Positions 19,069-28,749 of a stretch of DNA of 64,000 nt are shown here, piece after piece (position 1 is the first letter of the stretch; each line of letters begins with the position of its first letter). Under the pieces are notes generated by a model. The model had not been told where the DNA came from, made no database searches, and saw only the letters and a list, made by a program, of their open reading frames with translations. The DNA is from Spirochaetota bacterium. Lineage in GTDB: Bacteria > Spirochaetota > UBA12135 > COTS27 > CBDBHE01. The stretch is from assembly GCA_965205605.1 (NCBI GenBank), contig CBDBHE010000007.1, positions 64,001 through 128,000 on the forward strand, read 5' to 3'. Position numbers and translations under genes: made by a program.

Positions 19069-21567
19069 ATGAAGAAAATAAATTATATTTTGATTTTTTT
19101 TTTCTTATTTCCCTTTTTTCTTTACTCACAAGAAAAAAAAGAAATTAACTTTCAAATCAAAGGGAAAGGAGACCTTTCAAAAATAACGCTTATATTAAAA
19201 GTCGGTCAAGATGATATTATTTTTGCTGTCAATAAAAATGGATCGACTTATCAGTTACTCAATCCAAGCAAAAAAGGGATTGTTTTAGAAATCGGCACCT
19301 ACAATCTTGATATGATTGAAGGATCCAAAACGCTTTTAAAAAAAAAGATTGCCATTAATAGCAATACCCCAAAGACAGTTAATATTGATGTTAGAAACAT
19401 TCAAAAAACAGACTCCAAAAAACAAGTCAAAACATTAAAAGAGCTAGTAATCACATCAGATAAAAAAAAAGAAAGTTCGAAAAATATACTCTTAGCTGAA
19501 GAATCCAAGTTTATCCCCGGCACTGCAGGAGACCCCCTCAAGGCAGTAAAAAACCTTCCTGGTGTTGTAAACACAGGCTCTGCCATACTCGATGGCTTGT
19601 ATGTAAGAGGGGGAAATCAAGGGGATGTGTTGTATACAATTGACGATATTAAAATTGGAAATCCATATCATAACATAGGATTTTATTCTGTATTTGCTTC
19701 TGAAATGATTGATAGTACTGATTTTTATCCGAGTGCTTATCCTTTTGATTTTGGAAATACCCAAGGAGCCGCCATTAATATTTTAAGTCGCTCCGATAAT
19801 CCTCAAGAAATTTCAGGAGTGGTTGATTTGAATATAGGCATCGCTTTTGCTAATTTAATTATTCCTTTAATTAAAAATAAATTAGATCTTTACACTAGTT
19901 TTAAACGCTCTAATTATGAAATCTATCTTGCTATTGCAAAAAGTATCCCTGAGATTCCAAGAAACCTAATTGATTTTCCTGCCCCTGTTTTTTTTGATAA
20001 CTACAATAAACTTAGCTGGAAAATTGATTCTAAACAATCACTTTCTTTGCTTGTTATTGGAAAATACGATGATATTAAAATAGCAACCTCTTTTCCGTTT
20101 GAAGATGAGGATAGTAAAACAAATGATGTGCTCATTGAAAATGCTTTTAGAAATTATTGGAATACCGCTGCAGTTACCTATTTATGGGATAGTGGGAAAA
20201 TGAAAAACAAATTGATTGTTTCTCAACTTTTTGAAAGAAACAATGTCTTTTTATTTGGGAGCTCTTTTAGCAAAACAGATGCGACCAAATGGAGCATTCA
20301 AGATAAATGGAGTTATCAAATGAACGACTCCTTCAACTTTAAAGCAGGAGTCGAATACACTTATGACGAAGAAACGGGAGAAGGAAGAATCTTTAGTCAA
20401 AGAGAAGTCTTTGAAAATCAACAAGTAGCCAATAGAGTTACAAGTGATTATGCTGCTATTACCAATACCATTGAGTTTTTTTCTTCTGGAAATTTAAAAA
20501 GCCTCGATGACTTTAACAGGCACTCTATCAGTTTTTATGGGGGTTTCGACTGGAAATTAAATCAATTCATTTTTTCTCTTGGAGCTTTTTCCACTTACAA
20601 GATTTCAGAAAAATTCAATTATTTTATTGACCCTCGTTTAGAAATCACCTACCTTGTTAATGATCATTACTCTATTTTCACACGTATTGGGAAGTATAGT
20701 CAACTACCTCCTTTAATTGAACAAATCCCTATGGAGTTTCCTAAAAAAATTGATGATAATATCACAAGCCCTTATATCGAGCATTACGTTTTAGGATTAG
20801 AAACAAAAAAGCTTCCTTTGGATATCAAAGGAGAACTTTATTACCAAAATGGAATCGATCAAATTTTACCCAATCCTGAGCTTGATCCGAGTAAAGATCT
20901 TGACCCAAAAACCAATCCAACCACTTTAAACTCAGGATATAATCGAGGATATGGAGCTGAAATTTTAATCAAAAAAAAATTTTCAAAAAAACAATTTGGA
21001 TGGCTTGCTTATACGTATTCTGTTGCCCAAAGATATGAATATAAAGAAAACTCAAGCGTACAAGAATGGATTTTTTTTAATGAAGATGTCACACATCAAG
21101 TTAATTTAGTTTACTCTTATAAAATAAATAAAAACTGGAGAATTGGGACAAGAGCTAATATAACATCAGGAAAACCAAGAACAGAGACTCTCCTTGTTTT
21201 CAATGATAAAGATAGTAATGGAAAAATTAACCGTAACGAACTCTCTTATCTAGATGATAATAATCATCGAAATCAAGCGAGAAATCCTTATAATTATCGT
21301 CTAGATTTTAGAGTGGATTATATTACCAAACTATTTGGAGGAGAGCTTAATTTTTATTTAGATTTTTGGAATATTGAAGGGTTTTTTCATCAAAATATTT
21401 TAGGCTATCAAAGCAGTATTAGTTACTTATCAAAAGAGGCTCCTAACCAACTAGGTCCAGGTGATTTCAACAGTGATAATCAGCGAGTCGTCCCTACCAG
21501 TAAATTACAATCTACTAGTCAAGTACCCCCCTTTTTACCTTTATTAGGAGTGCAGTATAAATTTTAA
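19069..21567 (+). CDS. TonB-dependent receptor
   Basis: Signal peptide, LKELVIT TonB-box-like, plug GDPLKAVKNLPGV...YVRGG, barrel motifs YGAEILIKK..FGWLAYTYS, RLDFRVDY, terminal F. Confidence 0.92.
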   Translation: MKKINYILIFFFLFPFFLYSQEKKEINFQIKGKGDLSKITLILKVGQDDIIFAVNKNGSTYQLLNPSKKGIVLEIGTYNLDMIEGSKTLLKKKIAINSNTPKTVNIDVRNIQKTDSKKQVKTLKELVITSDKKKESSKNILLAEESKFIPGTAGDPLKAVKNLPGVVNTGSAILDGLYVRGGNQGDVLYTIDDIKIGNPYHNIGFYSVFASEMIDSTDFYPSAYPFDFGNTQGAAINILSRSDNPQEISGVVDLNIGIAFANLIIPLIKNKLDLYTSFKRSNYEIYLAIAKSIPEIPRNLIDFPAPVFFDNYNKLSWKIDSKQSLSLLVIGKYDDIKIATSFPFEDEDSKTNDVLIENAFRNYWNTAAVTYLWDSGKMKNKLIVSQLFERNNVFLFGSSFSKTDATKWSIQDKWSYQMNDSFNFKAGVEYTYDEETGEGRIFSQREVFENQQVANRVTSDYAAITNTIEFFSSGNLKSLDDFNRHSISFYGGFDWKLNQFIFSLGAFSTYKISEKFNYFIDPRLEITYLVNDHYSIFTRIGKYSQLPPLIEQIPMEFPKKIDDNITSPYIEHYVLGLETKKLPLDIKGELYYQNGIDQILPNPELDPSKDLDPKTNPTTLNSGYNRGYGAEILIKKKFSKKQFGWLAYTYSVAQRYEYKENSSVQEWIFFNEDVTHQVNLVYSYKINKNWRIGTRANITSGKPRTETLLVFNDKDSNGKINRNELSYLDDNNHRNQARNPYNYRLDFRVDYITKLFGGELNFYLDFWNIEGFFHQNILGYQSSISYLSKEAPNQLGPGDFNSDNQRVVPTSKLQSTSQVPPFLPLLGVQYKF

Positions 21568-21593
21568 ATAAAATAATGGTTTAATTTACTTGA

Positions 21594-21998
21594 TTGGTTT
21601 ATACTACTACTAATAATGAAATGATCATTAAAAAAATGGAAAAGCTTAAAATTCTAACTAAAAGATTCGAAATTTTTCTTAAAAAAAGATGGGTTTATGT
21701 GAGAAGACTTCGTTTTTTAAAAAAAATTAAGCCGATTCATAGAAATAAAATCATTTCTGATATTTTTAAAATCATTCAAAAGTCAAAAGACCCTCATTTC
21801 ATCGATAGAAACATTCATCATTTTGCTTTTAAGCCAAGAAAAGAGAATGAAAACAAATGGTACAATAAAGATGCTGAAATTTGGCTTATTTATAATTCGC
21901 TTCCTTTGGCAGATTCACATACAGCTAAAGATATTAAAAGATACTTACAAGAACAAAAAAATAAAATAAAAACCTCACTTTTTTTTGTTTTTTTATAA
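21594..21998 (+). CDS. Hypothetical basic protein
   Basis: 134-codon ORF directly after the TonB receptor; no recognised motif. Confidence 0.4.
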   Translation: MVYTTTNNEMIIKKMEKLKILTKRFEIFLKKRWVYVRRLRFLKKIKPIHRNKIISDIFKIIQKSKDPHFIDRNIHHFAFKPRKENENKWYNKDAEIWLIYNSLPLADSHTAKDIKRYLQEQKNKIKTSLFFVFL

Positions 21999-22357
21999 AA
22001 TCACTTTATTTTCAAAAAAATCTTTTTGATCATTAAATTAAAATAAATTGATTCTAAGCAAATTTTTTTCACTTTAAAATTTGGCTTCTCACCTCATTAT
22101 AATAAAGATCGTATTTACAAACTCTAAGAAGCAAAAAAACTACAATGCATTTTTGTAGCCTTTATTTCAAAGGACAATCAAGTAAGTGCCAAAACAAATT
22201 CAACAACCTTTGTATAACGTGCTAATAAATAAGATGAACCTGCCAAATTCAAATCATTGGCCATACAAACTAAAGCTTGCTTAAGTCATAAAACAATTTT
22301 CTTGTAAAATTACTTTTTCCCGTACATTTATAGAAAATTGGATTGAATCGGGATTGA

Positions 22358-22513
22358 TTGATTGATACAAGTATTTTGCTTAATTCTAAAATACCAAACA
22401 CAACGATCAGCGATACCTATAGAAAGACTAAAAGAAATTACTTAGATATAGAAATTAATGAAAATGATATAAACATAGTAAACAAAAGGTTGAATGAGAG
22501 CAAAGAAAAATAG
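22358..22513 (+). pseudogene. Possible C-terminal remnant of an N4/N6 DNA methyltransferase
   Basis: Translates ...KRNYLDIEINENDINIVNKRLNESKEK*, similar to the R-x-[FY]-I-G-I-E-x-N...A-x-x-R-L tail of beta-class MTases. Confidence 0.35.
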
Positions 22514-22652
22514 AGAAAATAAGTATTTTCACACTCACAAATGCATTCTTGATCCGCTTTTAAAAGTTTATTTAGATAATAAATTTTAGGTCATTTTGAA
22601 ATAAACAAGCATACGGGACTTTAAATAGAACTACCTATAAAGGTAGATATTC

Positions 22653-22753
22653 AATTTGGATAAAGTTTATCGTGAAAATAAAAAATTAGCTTTAACTGAG
22701 CAAAAATATGAAGCAAGAAAAGAAATAGATTGAATTTTAGTGCTTTTTTTTAT
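22653..22753 (+). repeat. Direct repeat copy A (~100 bp) upstream of PL8 lyase 1
   Basis: Aligns with 25740-25836 at roughly 80% by eye, including the exact 20-mer TTATCGTGAAAATAAAAAAT. Confidence 0.9.
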
Positions 22754-22878
22754 ATGTGTATTTTTCCTATAGAAAAAGTATGAAATATTTTATACTTAAA
22801 TAAAGTTTAAAAAAAATAAAGCTTTAAGCATAATGTTATTATATATAGTCAAATATTTATAAAGAAGGGGTAAAAACA

Positions 22879-25572
22879 ATGTTTTATAAGAGTTTTTTGC
22901 TAAAAGGTCTATTTTTATGTTTATTGTTGCTAATAGTAGTACCAACTTTGCAGGGGCAAACGGATGCAGAAAAGAAAAAATCGGTAGATTACATTCGCTC
23001 TATGATGTTGCAGGGCTTATATTATAACGCGGAACCTAAAGCAGAAGTGTTAGGGTTAGGTCAAACAAAAGTTATTGTAAACGAAAAATCAAGAGCGATA
23101 TATAACGGAAAAAACTTACAAAATATGGATTTAAATAGCGTCCATGCCTTTTTTGCCTCTGGTACCTACAAAAATATCAACAAGGACAATATTGTTGATT
23201 ACCAACACAAATTGGTTGTATTAGCTTTTATTTACCATGGAATAGAAAAATTTTACTTACCACGATTTAAATTTAAAAATGTAGAATCTGCTAAGAAACG
23301 CAAAGGTAATAAGGATGTACGCAAGCTTATTTTAGAGGGCATAAAGCTTATTTTATCCGAAAAACATCGACCTGGGCATGCCTACCATGTGACATATTCT
23401 TATCACTACTATCCGAAATACACGACGACTACGATAAGTGCGGTGGCAACTTTATTGTTTGATGAATTCAACAAAAAGAATGACAATATGGATTTAATAG
23501 AAAAAAAAGAATTTGCTGAAGTGTTTAAGAAAATTAAAGATTACTGTAGAATTTTAGGATATGGGGGGGTGCAAATTACAGGTGCTAACTGGGCTATTCG
23601 AGGCAGCTTTAATGCCCTTTTATATCTATCAGCTGTTAGCCAAGTGGAAGAAATGGAAGCCTTTATGAAGCAGCACGATATTTCTATGAGGCGTTTAAAT
23701 GATGAGGGCGTTACCTACGATTATGGTTTTTTTCATCACACTTATTGTAACTACTGGGGCAAATATGGTATTCATTATTTTAAGTTAACCGCTGATTTAG
23801 CCATGCTATTGGAGGCCACACCGTGGAAATTTTCCACGTGGAAAAAACGTTTTTTGCGCAATTGCTTGTTAGATGGGTTTGGACCCCTGGTTTATCGAGG
23901 CAATATACTTGCCCTTGAAGGTGGCAAGGCTTCGCTGACGGGAGGCATTACTAAAGCTTACAGTTCACAATACTTAAAACCCGTTGAAAAATTAATAAAA
24001 TTGTGGGGCATTGATGAGTTTGGTGGCTCACGTAAAGACGAAGTACTGGCCTACATCAACAATTTTGATAGTAGTGCTGACCACAAGCCAGAAGATAGTA
24101 AATTAATCGAATCAGAAAACCACAAAGTATATTGGTATAGTGCTAAACAAGTACATCGACGCAAAAACTATGCTGTACTAGTCGGTAGGCTTAATAAATG
24201 GGTTGGTTCACCTGAACGCGAACAAAGGGTACAACCCGATTTATCTTTTGCTACATCTTCTTACTATGCTTTTGGCTACACATCATTTTTAACCAAAGGA
24301 CCAGAGCATACCCATGCCAGAGCCGCTTGGGATTTTACCACACTTCCAGGTACTACTGTGGCAATTGGTATGCGTGGTATTTATAAACTCAAACAAAATA
24401 TAGAAACAAAGGTGCCATATTCTGGCGGCGTTTCCGATGGCATGTATGGGGTGGGTGGTTTTATTTGTGATGCTGGAAATAAGGGAAATAATAGGCGGCA
24501 TCCCGTTGTGTCTACCAAAGGCAATTTCTTTTTTGATGACGAAATAGTGATGTTAGGACAAAGTATTTCGCGCAAGTATGATGTTTTTGAACCTTACCCA
24601 AGCCCACCCTGGAGCGATAATTCGGATAATCCTGTGTGGACTACCATCGACCAAACTGATGCTCGTACTTCGCTCACTTACAACTTAGGCGATAACTCTG
24701 CTACAAAAGTCATTCCTAAAATTTCCAATTCCGATCAAGGTACTTCTCTTAAAATAAAAACCAAAGGGGATGTGGCATGGTTTCACCACGATGACAAAGG
24801 CTACCTTATTTTAGGAAAAAACAAAGCTATTGTGTTAGAGATGAAAAATTTTCCGGTGTACGAAGCTAGATTTTCCCTTGGTTCGTACACAGGCGCTCTT
24901 GTCGCATTGGGTGATCAAACACCTCCTCGGAAATTAAAAAATTTAGGTCGTTCTATTAAAAAAAAATTAATAAAAAAATATGGCAGAAAAAAATTAAACG
25001 GATTTGCTACTATAAATAGCCCCGAGTTGAAAGTAATAAGGCAACTTCCCTTGATACGTCTTGCCATTGATCACGGCAAAAAACCTAAAAACGAGTCTTA
25101 TGACTATGTGTTGCTACCCAATGTAACCGCTAAACAAGTTGAAAATTACGCAAAAAATTTGCCTTTTAACATTATTATCAATAAAAAGGGTATTCAAGCA
25201 GTCGTGCATAAAAATCTTAATATGGCTCAAGTACTCTTTTATAAAAATGGCGGCAATATTAAATTTAAGCTTGGTGGTAAAAATATCGAATTAAAAGCTT
25301 CTACATACTCTGCTATTTTGCTAGCACGTGATAAAAATAATGAAAAAGCATATCGTATTTCAGTCTCCGAACCCACTTATTTGGCAAGCTCTTTGAAAGT
25401 AACCATCAAAGGATTGGCCTTTTCTTTAGATACCAAAAAAACCAAAAAAAAAGCTGCTATAGCTACAAAAGTAAAAGGGAATGACAAAAGCCAAATGACT
25501 TCCATAAGTTTTAAACTTTCAAAGAAAAACATAACCGATAAAAGCATAACTGCTCATCTCATTTTGTTGTGA
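22879..25572 (+). CDS. Polysaccharide lyase family 8 (chondroitin AC/hyaluronate lyase-like), Sec-exported
   Basis: TGANW, DYGFFHH-x8-YG, WDFTTLPGTT, GGVSDG, FFFDDEIVMLG, TTIDQ, DHGKKPKNESYDYVLLP; hydrophobic signal peptide. Confidence 0.9.
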   Translation: MFYKSFLLKGLFLCLLLLIVVPTLQGQTDAEKKKSVDYIRSMMLQGLYYNAEPKAEVLGLGQTKVIVNEKSRAIYNGKNLQNMDLNSVHAFFASGTYKNINKDNIVDYQHKLVVLAFIYHGIEKFYLPRFKFKNVESAKKRKGNKDVRKLILEGIKLILSEKHRPGHAYHVTYSYHYYPKYTTTTISAVATLLFDEFNKKNDNMDLIEKKEFAEVFKKIKDYCRILGYGGVQITGANWAIRGSFNALLYLSAVSQVEEMEAFMKQHDISMRRLNDEGVTYDYGFFHHTYCNYWGKYGIHYFKLTADLAMLLEATPWKFSTWKKRFLRNCLLDGFGPLVYRGNILALEGGKASLTGGITKAYSSQYLKPVEKLIKLWGIDEFGGSRKDEVLAYINNFDSSADHKPEDSKLIESENHKVYWYSAKQVHRRKNYAVLVGRLNKWVGSPEREQRVQPDLSFATSSYYAFGYTSFLTKGPEHTHARAAWDFTTLPGTTVAIGMRGIYKLKQNIETKVPYSGGVSDGMYGVGGFICDAGNKGNNRRHPVVSTKGNFFFDDEIVMLGQSISRKYDVFEPYPSPPWSDNSDNPVWTTIDQTDARTSLTYNLGDNSATKVIPKISNSDQGTSLKIKTKGDVAWFHHDDKGYLILGKNKAIVLEMKNFPVYEARFSLGSYTGALVALGDQTPPRKLKNLGRSIKKKLIKKYGRKKLNGFATINSPELKVIRQLPLIRLAIDHGKKPKNESYDYVLLPNVTAKQVENYAKNLPFNIIINKKGIQAVVHKNLNMAQVLFYKNGGNIKFKLGGKNIELKASTYSAILLARDKNNEKAYRISVSEPTYLASSLKVTIKGLAFSLDTKKTKKKAAIATKVKGNDKSQMTSISFKLSKKNITDKSITAHLILL

Positions 25573-25739
25573 GTTAGCTCTAATTAAACAAGTAACCGTT
25601 TTTTTGTAAAACAGAGATGAAATGTTAATGAAATTAACACTTTTAATAGATTGTCTATTCTCGCCATGCTCACCAAACAAAAGATAACCTTCACAAGAAT
25701 AGTGCTATTTTGTAACAGAGCTTTTGTTTAAACTTAGCA

Positions 25740-25836
25740 AATTTGGCTCAAAGCTTATCGTGAAAATAAAAAATCGACTTTAACTAGACAAAAATATAAG
25801 AAAAAAAGCAGATTGAATCTTAGTGCTTTTTTGTAT
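25740..25836 (+). repeat. Direct repeat copy B downstream of PL8 lyase 1 (possible IS630-like transposase remnant from ~25645)
   Basis: Matches 22653-22753; frame reads RLSILAMLTKQKITFTRIVLFCNRAFV*T*QIWLKAYRENKK. Confidence 0.85.
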
Positions 25837-25984
25837 TACATAGCTGGCATAAAAAAAAGACGAAGATGAGAAAAAACAATCGTTATTTTCAATTGTTTAT
25901 TTTCTCTAAATAAGAAAGAATCACTACATCTCTTGTCCCAAGAGGTTTTATTAATAGAAGATAAACATAAGAATCTTTTTTTTT

Positions 25985-27038
25985 TTAAGAAAATTTCTTA
26001 CTATTTTTAATTTTAATTGATAATTTTTCCTTCCATTCTTTTATGGACTCAACGTTACTAACCAAACTGTTTTCATCTCCCCCAAGTGCTTCTGAAATAC
26101 CACCTCGATTAGAAGCCAACACATCAATTCCCAAAGCTTTCGCCTCAACAATGATACGAGGATAAGATTCAAACCACCTCGAAGGCACTAAAACAAGAAA
26201 AGCATATTGGTAAACCAAAACAACTTCTTTTTCCCAAGGCATATAAGAAATATTTTTAACTACTTTTTTTTTTTCAAAAAATCGATCAAAAAAATAAAAA
26301 TGTTCTTCTGTAAAAAACTTTGCTAGCTTATAAAAAACATCAACTCCTTTAAAAAAATTATTTCCAATAAAAACAATGCCCTTTACAAAGGGTTTCTTTT
26401 TAAGTTTCTTAAAAGAAGTCATCAAGGCTTTTTTACTTGTTTTTGGTAAATTAACAAAAACATTATTTTGAGTAAGTTGTAAAGCTTCCCGCTTAATAAA
26501 TTCAGAATTGGCCATCACTTGAGCTTTCTTAAAGCATTTTTTCAAATCACGCTTCCAATAAAAATAAAAAGGCAACGCACTAAAAGAATAACAAAACCTC
26601 AAAAATCTTTTAAAACCTCTGTAATAGTTATTATTCCAACCAAGTCCCGTTTCATCTCGAATACAATAAACACAAGGCCCCCTATACGCATTAATGGCTG
26701 CCGGTGCAAAATACCCATAACTATAAAGGATATCTTCTGTAGGTAATTGTTTAAAAAAATATTCAATTTTTTTTTTATTTAAAAAATATTCAATGTAAAT
26801 CCATCTCGTAAAAGAAAAAGGAATCAAAAAAGAGAACGTTATTTTTCGCCAAGTTTTAGGAAAAGTCATCTGATGTTTATGAGCCCCAAAAGATTTAATT
26901 TTATCACAAAAAACCACTGTAACCTTCTTTCCTTGTTTTTCTTGATCCAAACAAAACTGATGCATACTTATTTCAGCACCCCCCACTTGATACCCAAAAA
27001 ATTTAGAAAAAATTAAAATATTTTTTAGATGATTTCAT
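25985..27038 (-). CDS. GT4 glycosyltransferase, apparently frameshifted just after its ATG
   Basis: GGAE, VPSRWFESYPRIIVEAKALG..ASNRGGISE; ATG at 27038 joins the ORF if one base is removed from the T6 run 27021-27026. Confidence 0.8.
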
Positions 27039-27093
27039 CACTAATAATTAGCTTTTAAAAAAAATATTTTTAGATTAAAATATAACTTAATTC

Positions 27094-27123
27094 AGATTTA
27101 GATTTAGATTTAGATTTAGATTC
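27094..27123. repeat. Hexanucleotide tandem repeat (AGATTT)4-AGATTC
   Basis: Directly visible in the divergent intergenic region. Confidence 0.95.
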
Positions 27124-27163
27124 AAAATACTGTTAACAACATTCTAGCAAAAAATTATTTTTT

Positions 27164-28741
27164 ATGAAAAAAAAAACAATTCTATTAATTGCAAGCTCAA
27201 TTATTTTCTTTATAAGCTATAAGTATCTAATGAATTATATCCTATGGCAAGGTCGATCTATCCCCCCTATTAATGACATTTTAAACTACACTACTAGGGT
27301 CCAAACCGTTATAAATAATACTTACCAAAATGATAATACTTTTTTCTATACTTATCCATTGGGCTTTCTAGGAAAGTTGTTTAAGTTAAGTGCTTTTACA
27401 ACAATCAAATATAGCTACTACCTAGGGCCTCTACTTGCTGCTTGGGTACTTTTCACCTACCTAAAACCTATTTTTAAAAATAACTATCTCACTGCTTTAT
27501 TTTTTTTTCTAATTTCTTTTTATGCTGCTGGTATCGGCTTCCATTCTTTTACACATTTTGTTCCTAGCTTTTATTTAGTGCTACTTTCCTTTGTTTTTTT
27601 ACAATATTTATTTTCATATTATTTCAAAATAAGCCTAAAAAAAATCATAATCCTACTTGTTATTATTACAGTTAGTTTGAATATTCATGGTGCTGGGTTT
27701 TATATGCTAATAACTCAAGGAATTATTTTTTCGATCCTAATTTTTTTAAAAGAAAAGAAAAAAATTAATTTCAAAAAAATAGCTTTATTATTTCTTCTCA
27801 TTTTTATCATCCAAAAAATACAATTGTTTTCAACTCCTGCTTACAAAAATCTTTTAAACAATTACTCAAATGAAACATTAAAACTTAAAGGACCATTAAC
27901 ACCATTATTTTCTTACATTAAAATAATTTTGACACAAAAACACTATATTGCCTTTTTCAAATACTTTTGGCCAAATCCTTATTTAGGAAGCTTAATCGTC
28001 CTTACACTTATTGGCTTAATCTTTTTTTCTTTAAAAAAACCAAGCAGTTTGATTAAAAAACCTATTATTTTTGTCCCTCCTTTAGTTTGGTTTTTTCTTT
28101 TTCTCATCATTCCTTTTTTTAAAGAAAGAGCAAATCGAATTGTTGAGTTTTTGTTCCCTTACTTTATAATTTTTCTGACTGTTTTGTTTTATGATTTTTT
28201 AAAAACACAAAAAAAATATATCACTCTTGGTGGGAGCCTTTTTATTTTTTCACTAGGATTATTAATGAGTGGAAGCTTTGCTTTAGAAGAAAATATCCAA
28301 TACAAAAAAGTCAAGCCTATTCCAAAACACATTGTCTCCTACTTAAAAAAAGAAAAAAAAGAAATAATTTCTAATCACTCTTTCTTTTTTAATTATTTAA
28401 AATTACACTTTTTGATACGTACAAAAAAAACTTCTTCTCATTTTTCAATTCAAAAACTTTTTTTCCAAGAAAGCAAAAATATTATTGACAACTTAGCCCA
28501 AGTTACTAATAAATCAAAATATATGGTGATCGTTTTTAATCCAAATTATGAACGAGAAACTTACCGTTTCAAAAAAATTCTTAAAAAAATACTAATTAAA
28601 ATGGACATCCTAAAGTCAAATACCCATAATGCCTTATCTAAAAATAAAATTAAAGATCCTAAAAAAATCTTGTTTGAAATCAAAACAGAAAAAATGAAAC
28701 TCATTTATAAGAATAAAACTTTTTCGATTTATCATTTATAA
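27164..28741 (+). CDS. Polytopic membrane protein in glycan cluster (GT-C- or polymerase-like)
   Basis: About 11-13 hydrophobic segments plus soluble C-tail; PINDILNY and LNIHG motifs; context. Confidence 0.6.
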   Translation: MKKKTILLIASSIIFFISYKYLMNYILWQGRSIPPINDILNYTTRVQTVINNTYQNDNTFFYTYPLGFLGKLFKLSAFTTIKYSYYLGPLLAAWVLFTYLKPIFKNNYLTALFFFLISFYAAGIGFHSFTHFVPSFYLVLLSFVFLQYLFSYYFKISLKKIIILLVIITVSLNIHGAGFYMLITQGIIFSILIFLKEKKKINFKKIALLFLLIFIIQKIQLFSTPAYKNLLNNYSNETLKLKGPLTPLFSYIKIILTQKHYIAFFKYFWPNPYLGSLIVLTLIGLIFFSLKKPSSLIKKPIIFVPPLVWFFLFLIIPFFKERANRIVEFLFPYFIIFLTVLFYDFLKTQKKYITLGGSLFIFSLGLLMSGSFALEENIQYKKVKPIPKHIVSYLKKEKKEIISNHSFFFNYLKLHFLIRTKKTSSHFSIQKLFFQESKNIIDNLAQVTNKSKYMVIVFNPNYERETYRFKKILKKILIKMDILKSNTHNALSKNKIKDPKKILFEIKTEKMKLIYKNKTFSIYHL

Positions 28742-28749
28742 CTTTTTTT

